The translations under genes were made by a program, and so were the position numbers. The notes under the pieces were generated by a model. It made no database searches. It was not told where the DNA came from and worked only from the letters and a program-made list of their open reading frames with translations. This document shows positions 26,630 through 41,277 of a stretch of 64,000 nucleotides of DNA, in pieces (positions within the stretch are counted from its first letter, which is position 1; every line of letters begins with the position of its first letter). Source of the DNA: the human T2T-CHM13v2.0 reference genome, Homo sapiens; NCBI RefSeq assembly GCF_009914755.1, contig NC_060942.1. The stretch is one strand, 5' to 3'.

Positions 26630-27754
26630 GTTATATCTTTATTTGAATAAACTTTCCATCAAAGAGAGTGAAACTTACAGGCAATATGAATGAGAGAATG
26701 TGTCCAAAAGTTGTGAAAAACTACCCCAGGAAAATATCTCTTTTAAAATTAGGTTTTTATAAACAGTGCATTTAATGAAGCATATTAGTCCTTTTCCATA
26801 TTAAATTGGATTATCACATTTTTTCTTGTTTGTTTTAATGCCTCAGGATTCAAGACTGAAATCAATCATTTACTGATCCAGATTAAAGTCTGTATATATA
26901 GATATATACATGTATGGGTTTACCAATAATATTGATAAAATATTCTCATGAATCTTTTGTGAAGCAATGGAAAAACACTGAAAAGGCTTATATTCACTGT
27001 CTGGAGAAATGAGATCCAACCACAAGCGTATAAGCAAAGTAGACACAAAAGTAGGGCAATAATAGCATTTTGATTGCTTTTGCTAATAAACTTTTCCATT
27101 TCCTTAAAACAAAAAGATTGTTAGTTCATTTTAATGTGGCATTTCTGATGCTTACAAAGTATTATGTGCTTTTTAGAAGAAAAAATTCCTTAAAATATAG
27201 ATATGTGCAATGTACCACTTTCTTTCATGCTTGCTATTTCTAAAACCCAAAGAGAGAGTAGACTGACTGAAATGAAAGTTGCATTCCAATACGTTCTTAT
27301 AGGAATTAGACATATAACAAATATATAGCGCTAACAATTAATAAATGTGCTGTATAGTATATAAAACTAACACTAATACAAGTATTGGTCTTATTTTATA
27401 TAGTATTGCCTTTTGCTCAGTTTTCTTCTAAATGATTTCAATTGTACTTACTGTTTTAGGTCCCTGATTAGAAATACCCACAGTATAATAATGTAATAAG
27501 CATAAAAAGTAGTTGAATTTTGAAATAACTGAAATTAATGCTTATCGATGTGAAATTACGTTATTATTTTTCTTTCTTTTTACTATAAAAGTTGCATGCA
27601 GAATGTAGTGAAGAACTTATATTAACACCTAAATTTTTCCTCATCTTTAGAATTCTACCAGTATAGCTCTGAAATATATTGCTATAATTGGACCTATTGA
27701 TTGACCACCCAATCCCCAGGGTTCAAATGCAGCAGTTCTTAGCTGGGACTGAAA

Positions 27755-27793
27755 TGTGTGTGTGTGTGTGTGCACGTGTGCATGCACGCGCAC
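27755..27793. repeat. (TG)n plus alternating purine-pyrimidine tract
   Basis: Directly visible. Confidence 0.85.
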
Positions 27794-28309
27794 TTTAATA
27801 GTATTTGAAGTGGAATCTGGAAATTCCATTCCCTCGCTGAAGCTTTCCTCACTGACTCCACCTAAATGTGAGCTCTCACTCACCTGGACTCCTTTTACTC
27901 CTTGGTTCTTTCACTTTTATAGTATTAATAATGGAAGTAATTGTATCATATTTTTTTCTGAGCATATTGCATGTGAATTTCCAGATTACATAGTATCTGG
28001 AAACAGACTATCTGCTTCAAATACTATTTATCATAAGAGATAAATGAGGGCAGCCAGTTTAGGGAGCAACTGCATTAGTCCTTATCAATGTTTCTCAACT
28101 TGTATTCCCTTCATCACAGGGTGTATGAGAAAAGTATTTATTTAGTGTAGGCTTTCCCAAAAGTATCAGACCACAGGACCTCTTGGGTATGTAAAGCTCT
28201 CAGCTACTCAGAATTTACTTTCAACACCAAAACTCATTGTTAAATGTAGATCCAGTCCATGGTTCCTGAATGCTAAAAATGTTCCATACATCAAAAAAGT
28301 ATTTCCACT

Positions 28310-28625
28310 TAGTATATAGTCTAGTTTTTAAGAGCATAGTATCTGGAAACAGACTGGTTCAAATACTAACTGGCTCTGTCATTTGCTAGCTGCTTGACCT
28401 CTAGCAAGGTACCTAATGTCTCTTTTTTTAGTTTTATCTTATTAAAATTAGGATAACAAATATAACACCTTCCTAGGATTTATATGAGGTTTGAATGAAT
28501 TAATATATAAAATACATTATATATTAATGTTAATATATAACATTATATTTTAATATATTAATATTAATACATATTAATTGGGAACAGTGCCTTGCACATT
28601 GCCTGCACTGTATAAGCATTTGCTC
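28310..28625 (+). mobile_element. MIR with internal AT-rich expansion
   Basis: ttaagagcatagtatctggaaacagactggttcaaat...gctagctgcttgacct...gaacagtgccttgcacat. Confidence 0.75.
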
Positions 28626-30543
28626 TCACTGTAACTACTAGTAATACTAATAGTAGGGCATTACTGCTATCATTTAAGGACACTGAACACAATTATAATT
28701 TTGTTCTATTAATAGTAATATATTGTGAGTACGTTAATCTCTCCCCTCTGAAAATGTGTTTCAAAATAAATTAAAAATATTTTGTATTATTAATCCCTTG
28801 CAAATGTTTGTTGCACACCCACCAAGTAAATGACAATATCCTGACCATTGTACAGAAAAATGATAAACAAGATTTAATTCTCGGCCTTAAAGAACTTGTA
28901 ACCTAAAGTCAATTTTCCATGTAGTCACACTGAAATCTGCCACTGACAACCTGCATACTCACATAGATCTGTCGATGAGTCTCTTAAATCTTTCATGTAG
29001 TCATGAAAAACTACCGCAGGTATTTCTATCCGTTATCTGGAGAAACCCACATACAATATGCTCAGAAAAAAAAGATACAATTTTGTCTATAATCAACACT
29101 ATAAAAGTGAAAGAACCAAGGAGTAAAAGGAGTACAGAGGAGTGAGAGCTCACTTTTAGGTGGAGTGAGTGAGGAAAGCTTCAGAGAGAGAATGGAATTG
29201 CAGCCAGATTTTGAAAAATGTTTTCAATTGCAATAGTAAAGAGGTGAAAAATTGACAAGGTAAGGAAAAGTGGTGGTGGCTGTGCATTTTAGATTGCAAG
29301 AATGACACAAACATGCAGGTGGCGAAAGCTACATTTTGTGTAGGAAGAGCAGCTCAGGTGTGGAGAGTAGTGAAGGTATGAAATTTTACTCTAGTCAAAG
29401 TCTCAAGGTTCTAGATTTCAAAATTACTAAAAAGAATTGTGCCAACCTTTTTCCCCCAGTCTTGCTGATCTATGATTAATCTTTAAAAATTTTACAAAAA
29501 AAAATCGAACATTTTTGACAGTAAGACAAAAATAAAATGGCCAATGCTGAAAAAGGAATTACTAATTTTATTTATACTCTGCATTTATAAATGACCTCTC
29601 CTAATGTTTAGTTAATATGAGGTGAACTTACCCATGATTACCCGAGATCATACGAATAAACATTGGAGAACTAAAATTACATTTACTAGCAATATACAGC
29701 TTTAAAGACTAAGCTGGATTGTGACAGTTTTTAAAAAGTCCAGAAAGGAAATGGGTAAGGTATTTTGACCAAGAATAGCCCCGTTCTTTGATTGAGCTTT
29801 ATAGGAATTCTCACAGGATGGAAAAAATGAACTCTCTTGAAGATATCTTCCCAGAAAGAGTCTACCCTAAAATGCGGTGTGAAGAAATATTACTGTTACA
29901 GTCACAGTGACTACTTAGATGGTATCAGGAAAAAGCCAACCTTGAATGTAACCAGTGAAAACAAAATGCTCTACTGTGGGGAACTGATGTATTTTACAGC
30001 TTCTTGGTGAAATGAGAAAGACAGTAATTGAATGACAAGAGGAAAGAGAAGAGACATGGGCATCTCAAGGCTGAGCAAAGAGAAAGTTGGAGAATAAGAA
30101 TGTGTCAGACTGTCATTCAACACTATTGAGCAGAGAAAGTTCCAGGGCTGGAGGGAACCTGTCGGCACTGCTTTCTCTGGGTGATGGCAGGACATAGAGC
30201 CCTAGGTGGAATGCTGGCCAGATTCCAGTCCCTCCGCTGAGCATGCTCATGCAGGGTACAACCTGCACAAATGCACATGGTGACAATGACAGGGTTACAG
30301 TAGTATTTAGTAACCTTCATAGGAATAATCTCAAGAAACAAGGTTATTTCATCACACTACCAAAGCTCACTGATAATATGCCTCAAGACCTGTGTGTATT
30401 CTGACCATGGATTTTTGCTCAGCAAACCTCTAGTCTTAATATTTCCTAAGAAACAGGGTAACTGTGAGCTTCTCAGGCATATGCAACAGTAAATGTTACA
30501 AAATGGGCAATCTGGCCAGGAAAATAATAATAAAGTATGAGTA

Positions 30544-31298
30544 TGTGGTAGGGAGAATAATGCCCCCCTAATATCCACACCCTAAGAAAATTACAGCCAT
30601 ATTTATTAAATGTAAGGTGCGGTGGGCAGGGGAGAGGGAGCAAAGCACGTTCACGAATGAGTTCTCAAATTGACTCTCAGAACTTATGTCCAGTGACATA
30701 GAAACCACCTTCCCAAATGGCAGAGCCTTTCCTTCCCTGGAGATAGTGGCAGAGGGAGTGGCGGCCACTGAAGCCACGGAGGATATGGGAATACAGTACC
30801 TTAAAAGGCAAAGGGACTTTACTACGTGTAATTAAGGTTAAGGACCTCAAAATAGAGAGAAGTCCTTGCTATTTGGTTGGGCCTAATCTAAACCCATGAG
30901 TCCTTAAACCACAGAACATTTTCTGGCTGGAGTCAGAGATAGTGTGGAAGACGAAGCAGAAGATAGATGTGGAAGAAAGGGAAGTCCTGAGATGCAGGGG
31001 TCATGTGTGAGAAATAGAAAGAGGCCTCTTAAAGCTGTGGAGGCCCCTAGCTGTCAGTCAGCAAGGGAACGGAGACCTGAGTCCTACAACAGTAAAGAAT
31101 GGGATTCTATCAACAACCTGGATGAGCTTGGATGCGGTTCTTCCCAGAGCCCATAGGCGTCAGACTATGAGACCTGAAGCAGAGAAACCTGTGGCCCAAA
31201 CCAAACTTCTAACTGCAGTCTATGAGACAACAAACTTGTGCTATTTTATGCCACAAATTTGTGATAATTTGTTACAGCATCAATAGGAAACTAAGACA
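30544..31298 (+). mobile_element. MLT1D/E-type MaLR solo LTR with a foreign insert of about 200 bp (30586-30785)
   Basis: tgtggtagggagaataatgcccc...ccctaa, resumes gaatacagtaccttaaaaggcaaagggacttt..., ends ggaaactaagaca. Confidence 0.8.
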
Positions 31299-31907
31299 GG
31301 CACATGTTAGCAGTGAATATGGCTGCTTGAGGTAGACAAGTTACAGTCATAGGCAAAGTGTTTTTAAACTTCAAAATTACTGTGCTAAAGCCATGTGCTA
31401 TTTAACTAACTTCACAGAGGAGCCTGTAAGTGCCCCTTTTGGTTTTACCCTTCCTGGAAAGTTCCTTAATCCAATGGGATCTGATTTCATTTCATGCTTG
31501 GCACTTGCATTGTATACCCACTCTTGACTTCAACCGTGCTGTTTACCTTGACTTGTCTCCATGACCCAGTATGCTTTGTTGCTTATTCATTCAACACTAC
31601 TATTATGTGTTAGCTGAACCTGGCTTGATTTAGCCTTTTATTCCAGTCAGCTGGATCCCCACTGAGGTAATCATTTTGGCACCTTATCCAATAGCTGGCT
31701 CCCTGCCAATTTCATTTTGTGAATTGGGTAGACATCACTGAAATTTAACTATCCCTGGGTGAACTGATGCCACTGAGTTTCTGAACAAGCAATTGAGATC
31801 TCAGTGGTGAAGGTGAGTTTCCAGGTGCTGTTCACCTTGGCAGTCACTTGGCCTCTTCTTTTACTATTTCTTGTCTTTTTGTTTTTAAATTTTTAAAGTA
31901 TTTTATG

Positions 31908-32183
31908 GGTTTTTTTTTTTTTTTAGGGACAGGGTCTTGCTCTGTCATCCAGCCTGTAGTGCAGTGCCATGATCATAGCTCACTGTAACCTTGGACCCCC
32001 GGGCTCAAGCAATCCTCCCACTTTAGCCTCCTGAATGGTTGAGACTACAAGTGCATGCCATAACACCTGGCTAATTCTTATTTATTTTTTATGTATTTAT
32101 TGTAGAGACAGGGTCTCACCATGTTGGTCTCAAACTGCGGGCCTCAAGTATTCCCCCTACTTTAGCCTCTCAAAGTGCTTGGA
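31908..32183 (-). mobile_element. AluJ (5' end truncated)
   Basis: acagggtcttgctctgtc...gatcatagctcactgtaacc...gcctctcaaagtgct. Confidence 0.9.
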
Positions 32184-32681
32184 CCTTAATCTTTCATACA
32201 TTACATAGTGTCATAGTTTCCAGCCTGCTTGGGACTCTTCGCACGCCCACTTTTCCTCTTACATTCCCCTATACATGAGTTATTCTACAAGAATTCATAT
32301 GATTAAAGAAGGATTGCAGGTAAGATTTTAATAATGAGAAAAGGGTAGTGGCAGAAAATGAAAAGTTTAAGAAAAGTTTTGAGCAAGCAAGCTGCATAAT
32401 GAAACTTAAGTCAAGAAAGTAATTTCAACCATGGAGGAAAGGACTCTAACCACAATATTTAGAAAAATTCAAAAGTGATGGAGTTTTAATTATAGCTGTA
32501 GATTGTATTGTGGAAGTAGTGCCCCTTCTTTTTTTATTTTCTTTAAAATATAGTATGAGTGAGAAGGTAGTTATTGTCTCTTTTTTTAATTTTTCTGTTC
32601 ATACAAGTTATTGAATGCAGAAAGCAATGTGTCTTTAGACTTTAAGAGTTCTTCTTTCCCTTTTTTTGACAAGATCATTTT

Positions 32682-32826
32682 TTAAATTTTTTTATTTTTT
32701 ATTTTTATTTTTTTAATTATACTTTAAGTTTTAGGGTATATGTGCTCGCAAGGACAAAAAAACAAACACCACATGTTCTCACTCATAGGTGGGAATTGAA
32801 CAATGAGAACACATGGACACAGGAAG
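32682..32826 (-). mobile_element. 145-bp 5'-inverted (twin-primed) L1PA4/5-like insertion
   Basis: Antisense tail and terminal about 30 bp joined at 32745/32746 to a sense 3'UTR piece; exact 14-bp TSD gacaagatcatttt. Confidence 0.93.
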
Positions 32827-35800
32827 GACAAGATCATTTTCTGGAATATATATGTAGTGCTTTAAAAGTTTTGCTAAGCAAATCTTTTTGCAGAACACAA
32901 ATTATGTTAAAGTAATATATATAGTGTTCACAAAAGTAAATGGAAGTAAATATTATTACTTCTCAGAATGAGAGTGGCTTCACAAAACTGGACCTCTATT
33001 CATGGATATTATCAGAATTTATTATATAAAAAGTACTATAGGGGTCAGCTAGGTGACTCAAATCCTTTGCCCTCAAAGAATTTCAATGTATACTTCAAGA
33101 GCTATAATATCTTACAAAGCCCTAAAGACTCTTGCCCTCCAAGCTTAATCTATCACTTGCACTGTTATTAGGGGAGCTGGAGCTAGAACTCGAGGGTGGG
33201 AATGAGGGAGGCCAATGTCTGTTATTCCTATAGTCATAGTGCTGCCTTATGTCCTTTCCCCAGGCTCCTGGATAATTGATAACTGCCTATGGGGCTTATG
33301 CTTAAGATACTTGACGGCAGAGAATATTAATTCATTGTAACAGAGAAAAACTTAGGTGAAAAGATTTGTGTTTATAATTTCTTCTAGAGCAAGGACCTTT
33401 CCTGAGTATAGTATACCTTTTGTAAGCATTTGAACTGAGTTGTGCAATCAATGTATTTTTAATGTAGAAATTTTTTATTTTATAACTAATAAATGATTTA
33501 TTTATTTTTATATTATTACAGGTTCAGGGGGTACATGTGTATGTTTGTTATATGGATATATTGTGTAATAATGGGGTTTGGACCTCTAGCAAACCCATAC
33601 CCCAAGTAGTGAACATTGTACCCAATAGGTAGTTTTTCAACCCTTACCCCATTTCTCCTTCCCCTCTTTTGGAGTTCTCAATGTCTATTGTTTCCATCTT
33701 TATGTCCATGTGTACTGACTGTTTAGCTCCCACTTATAAGTGAGAACATGTAATATTTGATTTTCTGTTTCTGTGTTATTTCACTTAGTATAATGGCCTC
33801 CAGCTTTGTTCATGTTGCTGCTTAAAGGACATGATTTATTCTTTTTTATGGCTGCGTAGTATTTCACAGTGTATATTAACAACATTTTCTTTATCCAATC
33901 CACTGTTGATGGATATTTAGGTTGATTCCATGACTTTGCTATTGTGAATAGTGATTTAATAAACATATGAATACAAGTGGGTTTTTTTGTTTGTTTGTTT
34001 TGATAAAACTATCTCTTTCCATTTTGGTAGATACCCAGTAGTGAGATTGCTGAGTGGAATGGTAGTTCTATTTTTAGTACTCTAACAAATCTCCATACTG
34101 TTTTCCATAGGGGTTGAACTAATTTACAATCCTACCAACAGCGTATAAGTGCTTCCTTTTCTCCACATCCTCATCAGCATCTGTTGTTGTTGTTTTTTGG
34201 GTTTTTTTTTTTTTGACTTTTTAATAATAGCCTGGCTGACTGGTATGAGATGGTATCTCATTGTAGTTTTGATTTGCATTTCTGTGATGATTAGTGATGG
34301 TGAGCATTTTTTCACATTTGTTGGCTGTGTGTGTGTCTTCTTTTGAAAAGTGTCTGTTCATCTCCTTTGCCCATGGTTTAATGGTTTTTTTATTTGTTGA
34401 GTTAAATTCCTTATAAATTCTGGATATTAGTCCTCTGTTGAATGCATATTGCAAATATTCTCTCCCATTCTATATGTTATCTGTTTACTCTGTTGATTTT
34501 TAAAACATTTTTGCTGTGTAGAAGCTTTTTAGTTTAATTAAGTTCCATTTGTCTATTTTTGTTTTTGTTGCATTTGCTTTTAAGGTCTTAGTCATAAATT
34601 CTATGCCTAAGCCAAGGTCTAGAAGAGTTTTTTGTAGGTTTTCTTTTTAGGAATTTTATAGCTTCAGGTATTACATTGAAGCCTTTAATCCATCTTGAGT
34701 TAATTTTTGTATATGGCAAGAAGCAGTGGTCCAGTTTCATTCTTCTCCCTATGAATAGCCAGTTTTCCCAGCATCATTTATGGAATAAAGTATTCTTTTC
34801 CCATTGTTTACTTTTGTCAACTTTGTTTAAGTTAACTTCATTGTAGACGTGTGGCTTTATTTCTGGGTTCTCCATTCTGTTCCATTGATCTGTCTATTTT
34901 TGTATCAGTACTATGTTGTTTTGGTTACCAAAGCCTTGTAGTATTGTCTAAAGTGAGATAATGTGATGCCTAAAGCTTTGTTATTTTTGCTTAGGATTGC
35001 TTTGACTATTCAGGCTCTTTTTTGGATCTAAATGAATTTTGGGATTGTTTGTCTAATCTTGTGAAAAATGAGACTGGGAATTTGATAGGAATTACATGGA
35101 ATCTATAGATTGCTTTGGGCAGTATGGTCATTTTCATGATATTGATTCTTTCAATCCATGAGCATGAAGTGTTTTTCCATTTGTTTGTTGCACCTGTGAT
35201 TTACCTTTTTGTGCCCGTCATAAATGAAATAAGGTTCTTGATTGGGTTATCAGTGTGAATATTACTAGTGTTTAGAAATGCTACTGATATTTGTACATTG
35301 ATTTTATATACTGAAACTTTATTGAAGTGTTGTATCAGATCTAGGAGTCTTTTGGAGAAATTTTTAGGGTTTTCTAGGTATAGAATCATGTCATGAGCAA
35401 ACAAATGATTTGACTTCCTTTTTTCCTATTTGGATGACTTTTATTTCTGTTGGCTAATTACTGTAGCTTTGACTTCCAGTACTATGATAAATGGAAGTGG
35501 TGAGTGGACATCCTTGTCTTGTTCTAATTCTCAGGGGAATGCTTTCAACTTTTGCCCATCATCGTGATGTTGGCTGTGGTTTTGCCATACATGACTCTTA
35601 TTATTTTTAGGTATGTTCTTCCAATGACTAGTTTGTTGAAGGTTTTTATCATGAAGAGATGTTACATTTTATTGAGTGATTTTTCTGCATCTATTGAGAT
35701 AAGCATATGGTTTTCTTTTTAGTTTGTTTATGTGGTGAATCACATTTATTGATTTGCATGTGTTGATCCTCACATCCCAGGAATAAAACCCAATTGTTCA

Positions 35801-36361
35801 TGATGAATTATCTTTTAATATTTTTATATATTTTTTGCAACTATATTCATCAAGGATATTGGCCCGCAGTTTTCTTTCTTCTTCTTGTCTTTGCCATATT
35901 TTGGTATCAGGATGATACAGGTTTTGTTGAGTGAATTAGGGAGGAACATGTTTTCCTAGATTTTCTGAATAATTTCAGTAAGATTGGTAGAATCTCTTCT
36001 TTGTATGTCTTGTAGAATTTGGCTGTGAATCAGTCTGGCCCTGGGTTTTTTTGTTTGGTAGATTTTTTATTACGAATTCAATTTCATAACTCATTATCAG
36101 TCTGTTCAGGATTTTCATTTCTTTCTGGCTCACTCTGGGGAGGTTGTATGTTTCCAGGAATTTATCCATTTCCTCTAGTTTTCTAGTTTGTGTGCATAGA
36201 GATGTTCATAGTAGTTCGTGAGAATCTTTCATACTTCTGCAGTATCAGTTGTAATGCCACTTTTGTCATTTCTGATTGTGCTTATTTGAATTGCCTCTCT
36301 TTTTTCTTGGTTAATCTAGCTAGTGGTCTATCAGTTTTGTTTATTCTTTCAAAAAAGCAAC

Positions 36362-36490
36362 TTAAAAAAAAATAGAGATGGGGTTTCACCATGTTGCCCA
36401 GGCTGGTGTTGAACTCCTGGGCTGAAGTGATCTTTCAACCTCGGCCTCCCAAAGTCCTGGGATTACAGGTATGAACTATTGCACCTGGAC
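36362..36490 (-). mobile_element. Alu left monomer / FLAM inside L1
   Basis: agagatggggtttcaccatgttgcccagg...gggattacagg; near-TSD aaaaaagcaactt / aaagaaccaactt. Confidence 0.85.
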
Positions 36491-37059
36491 ACAAAGAACC
36501 AACTTTTCATTTTGCTGATTATTTTTATAATAATTTGTTATTATCCAAATAAATTATATAAATTATTGATATAATAATCAATAATTTGATTGTATAATCA
36601 ACAAAATGAAAAGTTGTATGGGTCTTTTTGGTCTCAGTGTCATTTAGTTCTGCTGTGATCTTTGTCATTTCTTCTGCTAGCTTTGGGTTTGGTTTGGGTT
36701 TTTCTAGTTCTTTTAGGTGAGACATTAGGCTGTTGATTTGGGAGCTTTCTATCTTTTTTTTCCAAATAACTTATTTGATTTCTACCTTAATTTCATTGTT
36801 TATCCAAAAGTCATTCAGGAGCAAGTTGTTTAGTTTCCATGTGCTTATGTGGTTTGGGGAGTTCCTTTTGGTATTGATTTCTAATTTCACTTCACTGTGG
36901 TCTGAGGCAATGCTTGATATGATTTTGGTTATTTTGATTATATTGAGACTTGTTTCATGACTAAGCATGTGATCAATTTTAGAGAATTTTCCACATATAG
37001 ATGAGAAAAAGTGTATATTCTGTGGTTGTTGGGTGAAGTATTCTGTAAATGTATATTAG

Positions 37060-37569
<510 letters not shown>

Positions 37570-40500
37570 TAGTTTAAAGACTGTTTTATCTGATACAAAA
37601 ATAGTTACCCCTGCTCTTTTGTGTTTTCTATTGCATAATAGATCTTTCTCCATCCCTCTACTTTGAGCCTGTGGGTGTAATTAGGCATCAGATGAGTCTT
37701 TGAAGGCATCAGAAAGTTGGGTCTTACTTTTTTTTAGTCAATTTGCCACTCTATGTGTTTTAAGTGAGGTATTTAGAGTGTTTACTTTCAAGGTTAATAT
37801 TAGTATGTGAGGTTTTGTTCCCGTCTTAGTGTCATTAGCGAGTTGCTTTCTAGTCTCAATTGTCTAATTACTTCATAGATTCTGTGAACTTTGTACTTAT
37901 GTGTGCTTTTATGGTAGTAAGTATCATTCTTTTGTTTACATGTTCAGAACTTCTTTGAGCATTTCTTCTATGACTGCTCTGTTGAAGAATTACTTTGGTG
38001 TTTACTTGTCCGGGAAAGACTTTATTTTTCTTTTATGAAGCTTAGTGTGATAGGATATAACATTTTTGGCTGGCAGATTTTTTTTCTTCAGAATGGCTAA
38101 AAATAGGCCTCTATCGCCTGTTAATTGTAAGGTTTCCACTGAGAAGTCCGCTGTCAGTCTGATGGAATTTCCCTTCTAGGTAATTTGACCCTTTTTTCTA
38201 ACTGCCTTTAAGATTTTTTTCTTTTGCATTGACTTTGGTTAATCTGATGACTATATTCCTTGGGGACAGTCATGTTGTATAGTATTTTGCATGTGTTCTC
38301 AATTTTTTTGTATCAGAATGTTGACTTCTCTAGCATGATTAGGGAGATTTTCCTGAATTGTTTCTCTTAATATGTTTTACAAGTTGCTTACTTTTTCTTC
38401 TTCTCTCTCAGGAATGCCAATAAGCTGGAGATTTTGTTGTTCTTATATAATCCCATATTCTTAAAGGCCTTGTTCAGTTTAAAAATCCTTTTCCCTTTAT
38501 TTTTGTCTGATTGGGTTAATTCAAATGTCTGGTCTTAAGGTTATGAAATTTTTCTTCTGCTTGGCCTAGGCTACTGTTAAAGCTTCCAACTTATTTTAAA
38601 ATCTCTTTAGCAACTTTTTCAGTTCCAGAAGTTCTATATGGTTTTTTCTTAAAATAGCTATCTTGTGTTTCATGTCCTGAACCGTTTTTATGGTTTATTT
38701 GTATTGGATTCCAACTTTCTCTTTGATCTCATTTAGTTTCCTTGAAACCTGTATTTTGAATTCTTCATCTGTCATTTCAGAATTTTCAGCTTGGTTAGTA
38801 TCCAATGCTGGAGAGCTGTGCCATCCTTTAGAGGTGTCAAGACACTCTGGCTTTTTGTACTGCCAGATTTCTGGTAGTGATTCCTTCTCATCTTAGAGAG
38901 GTGCCACTTGTAATTTTTTGAATTCGCTATCATTTGGATAGGACTTTTTCGTGTTTTTATATTTCCCTTGAGTGTATGACTGTGATATATGTGTATGATC
39001 ATTTTGTTTTGTTTCTGTGTGCGTTCAGGGAGCCAAGGCTCTTTATGGGTTCCATGGTTGTGGATAGCATCTGCAGCTTTCTTAGTCGCTGCTTGTTGCA
39101 GCGATGTATTAAGTCTTCGAGCTGACACACTATCCCCTGCAAGGCTGAGGGTGTGGAGATCTCATGAAGCTTGTCTCCGGGACCAGCGCTAAGCCCTTCT
39201 GGCAGCAATTTTTGTTTTGTTCTGTTTGATGGTGCACTTCAGGCTGCAATTAAGTAGTAGCCCTTAAAAGTAAGAGCAGGCTTGCCCTCAGGCGGGCTGA
39301 TGAGCTGTGAAAGAACTTGTTCTGAGAGAGGGTAGAGGGAAGAGATCATGTTAGGATGAACCAAGGTCTTGAAGGAAGGAGTGAGAGGTGATGCACAGCT
39401 CCTCATCCTGAGCTGGCAGGAACTGATCTGCTCCCCTATCGTGCCCTTGTCACAGGGCTCATGACCTTCAGTTCATAAACACTTTGTCCTTTGGTTCTTG
39501 TTTTCAGTGTGGCTGTGGGCCAGAGATACAGTCTTCTCATGGCTACCACCAAAATGGGCACTTAGGGCATAGCCTCTTTCCCAGTTCGGAGCAGGCAATT
39601 CTGCAGCTTGTCTATTCTCTGTTGCTGGGATGCTGCCACTCTGTTTAGGGAGAGGTATTTGCCATCCAGCTTTTGTGTACAGTCAAGTGGCTGGGCTCAC
39701 TTTCAGTATAGGTGGGGCCATTGCAAAAATTGCAAATATGCTTCCTCCAAAGAAACACTGCTGTGTTCACAATAGTGGATGAGTGAGCAGAAGATGACCC
39801 CCTCTACATGTTTCTTCCCAGGCATTAGTGCTGCCTCCTTCAGTGATTGCCGCGGCACCCATATTTCCTTTGTCCCAAGGAGTTTTTGGCTGGCTGTGCT
39901 CCCCCCTCCCTTAGAGATGACCCATGCCAAGAGTTATACTTACTGGGGTCCCAACACCTCCTCAGGGACCCATTTCCTTTACTTGTTAAAGTCGGAGTAG
40001 GTCTGTGGGGTATGTTTATGGGGAACCTGGTGGTGTGCTGACACATGGGAAGAGAATTTCAGGGCAAAGCAGTGGCCCACAACCAGTATGGTGGCTGCTG
40101 TCTCAGTTTGGGTCTGAGGGAAGTGCGGGCACACCTGCATGAGGTGGCCACCCAGTTCTCTGTTCTTGGGTAGTCTCCAAATCACCACTGATAGAATTGC
40201 CCTGGGTCACAAGGGCAGAGGGTTTCCAGATTTTGGTAGTCAGCAGATTGTCACAGGGGTGAGGGGAGCAGAGATGCACTTCCACCTACTTTTCCCAGAG
40301 GGCTCTGAGTTCCTTGGGGGCTGATCTTTGCCAGACTCTTGCTGCTTTCCTTTTCTGTACCCTGGCTTCTTACCATGGACACTCTGACAGGTCCTGGCTC
40401 TCTTTTCTCAGTTTTCCATTTGGAACTTGTGTATTTGCTGGTAATTCTGATCTTCTTTCTGAGGAGACCTGGCATCCAATGTCCATAGCCAGCCATTTTG

Positions 40501-40849
40501 AAATAAAAAAACATAGAATTTTAATTCACAATATTTTCATTCAGAGCAGTTGGAAATTAGGTGTGTTCTGTTTCCAAGGATGGGTCTAGTCTGTGTGGAG
40601 GAGAAAAGGTTGTATTACGCTTTGCTAGTTTACTTCAAAAAGTCACTGTTGAATTCTTTACACTTTGTGTAACTTTTGGCTTTGTAGGTTAGAAATGTTT
40701 CAATATGATTTATTAAATTTTTATTGTATTGGATAGTAAGTTAAGAGCAAAAGCTTCAAATCAATACTTTCTTCATTGATTTTGTTTGGCTTAAATGATT
40801 TATTAAGCTGCAGGCTTAAAGAAACAAATTGAAGAGAAACAAAGGTATG

Positions 40850-41277
40850 TGTATTAGCCAGAGTTCTCCAGATAGAGAGAGAGAAATTTAGTTACTTAAG
40901 GAATTGACTCACTTAATAATTATGGTTCCTGGCAAGTCTGAAAGCTATAAGGCAGACAGGCAGGGTGAAAATTCAGATAACAGTTGATGTTGCAATCTTG
41001 AGTTCAAAATTGTTAGGGCCAACAAGCATAGTTTCTACATTGCAGTCTCGAGGAAGAATTCCTTTTTCTTTGGGGAACCTCAGTCTTTACTCAAGACTTG
41101 CAACTGATTAGATGATGCCTGCCCATATTATGGAGAGTAATCTGCTTGCTTAGAGTCAACAAATTTAAATGTCAATTATATATATAAAATACCTTCACAA
41201 CCACATCTAGACTAGTGTTTTACCAGGTAACTGGGGACTACAACCTTGCCAAGTTGAACAATAAATTAATCATCAGA
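40850..41277 (-). mobile_element. MLT2D-like ERVL 3' LTR
   Basis: tgtattagccagagttctccaga...aaggaattgactcac...gccaagttgaacaataaattaatcatca. Confidence 0.85.

Noticed and set aside
38690-40589. Dense cluster of short ORFs
   Set aside because: Chance ORFs in the GC-richer L1 5'UTR/ORF1 region
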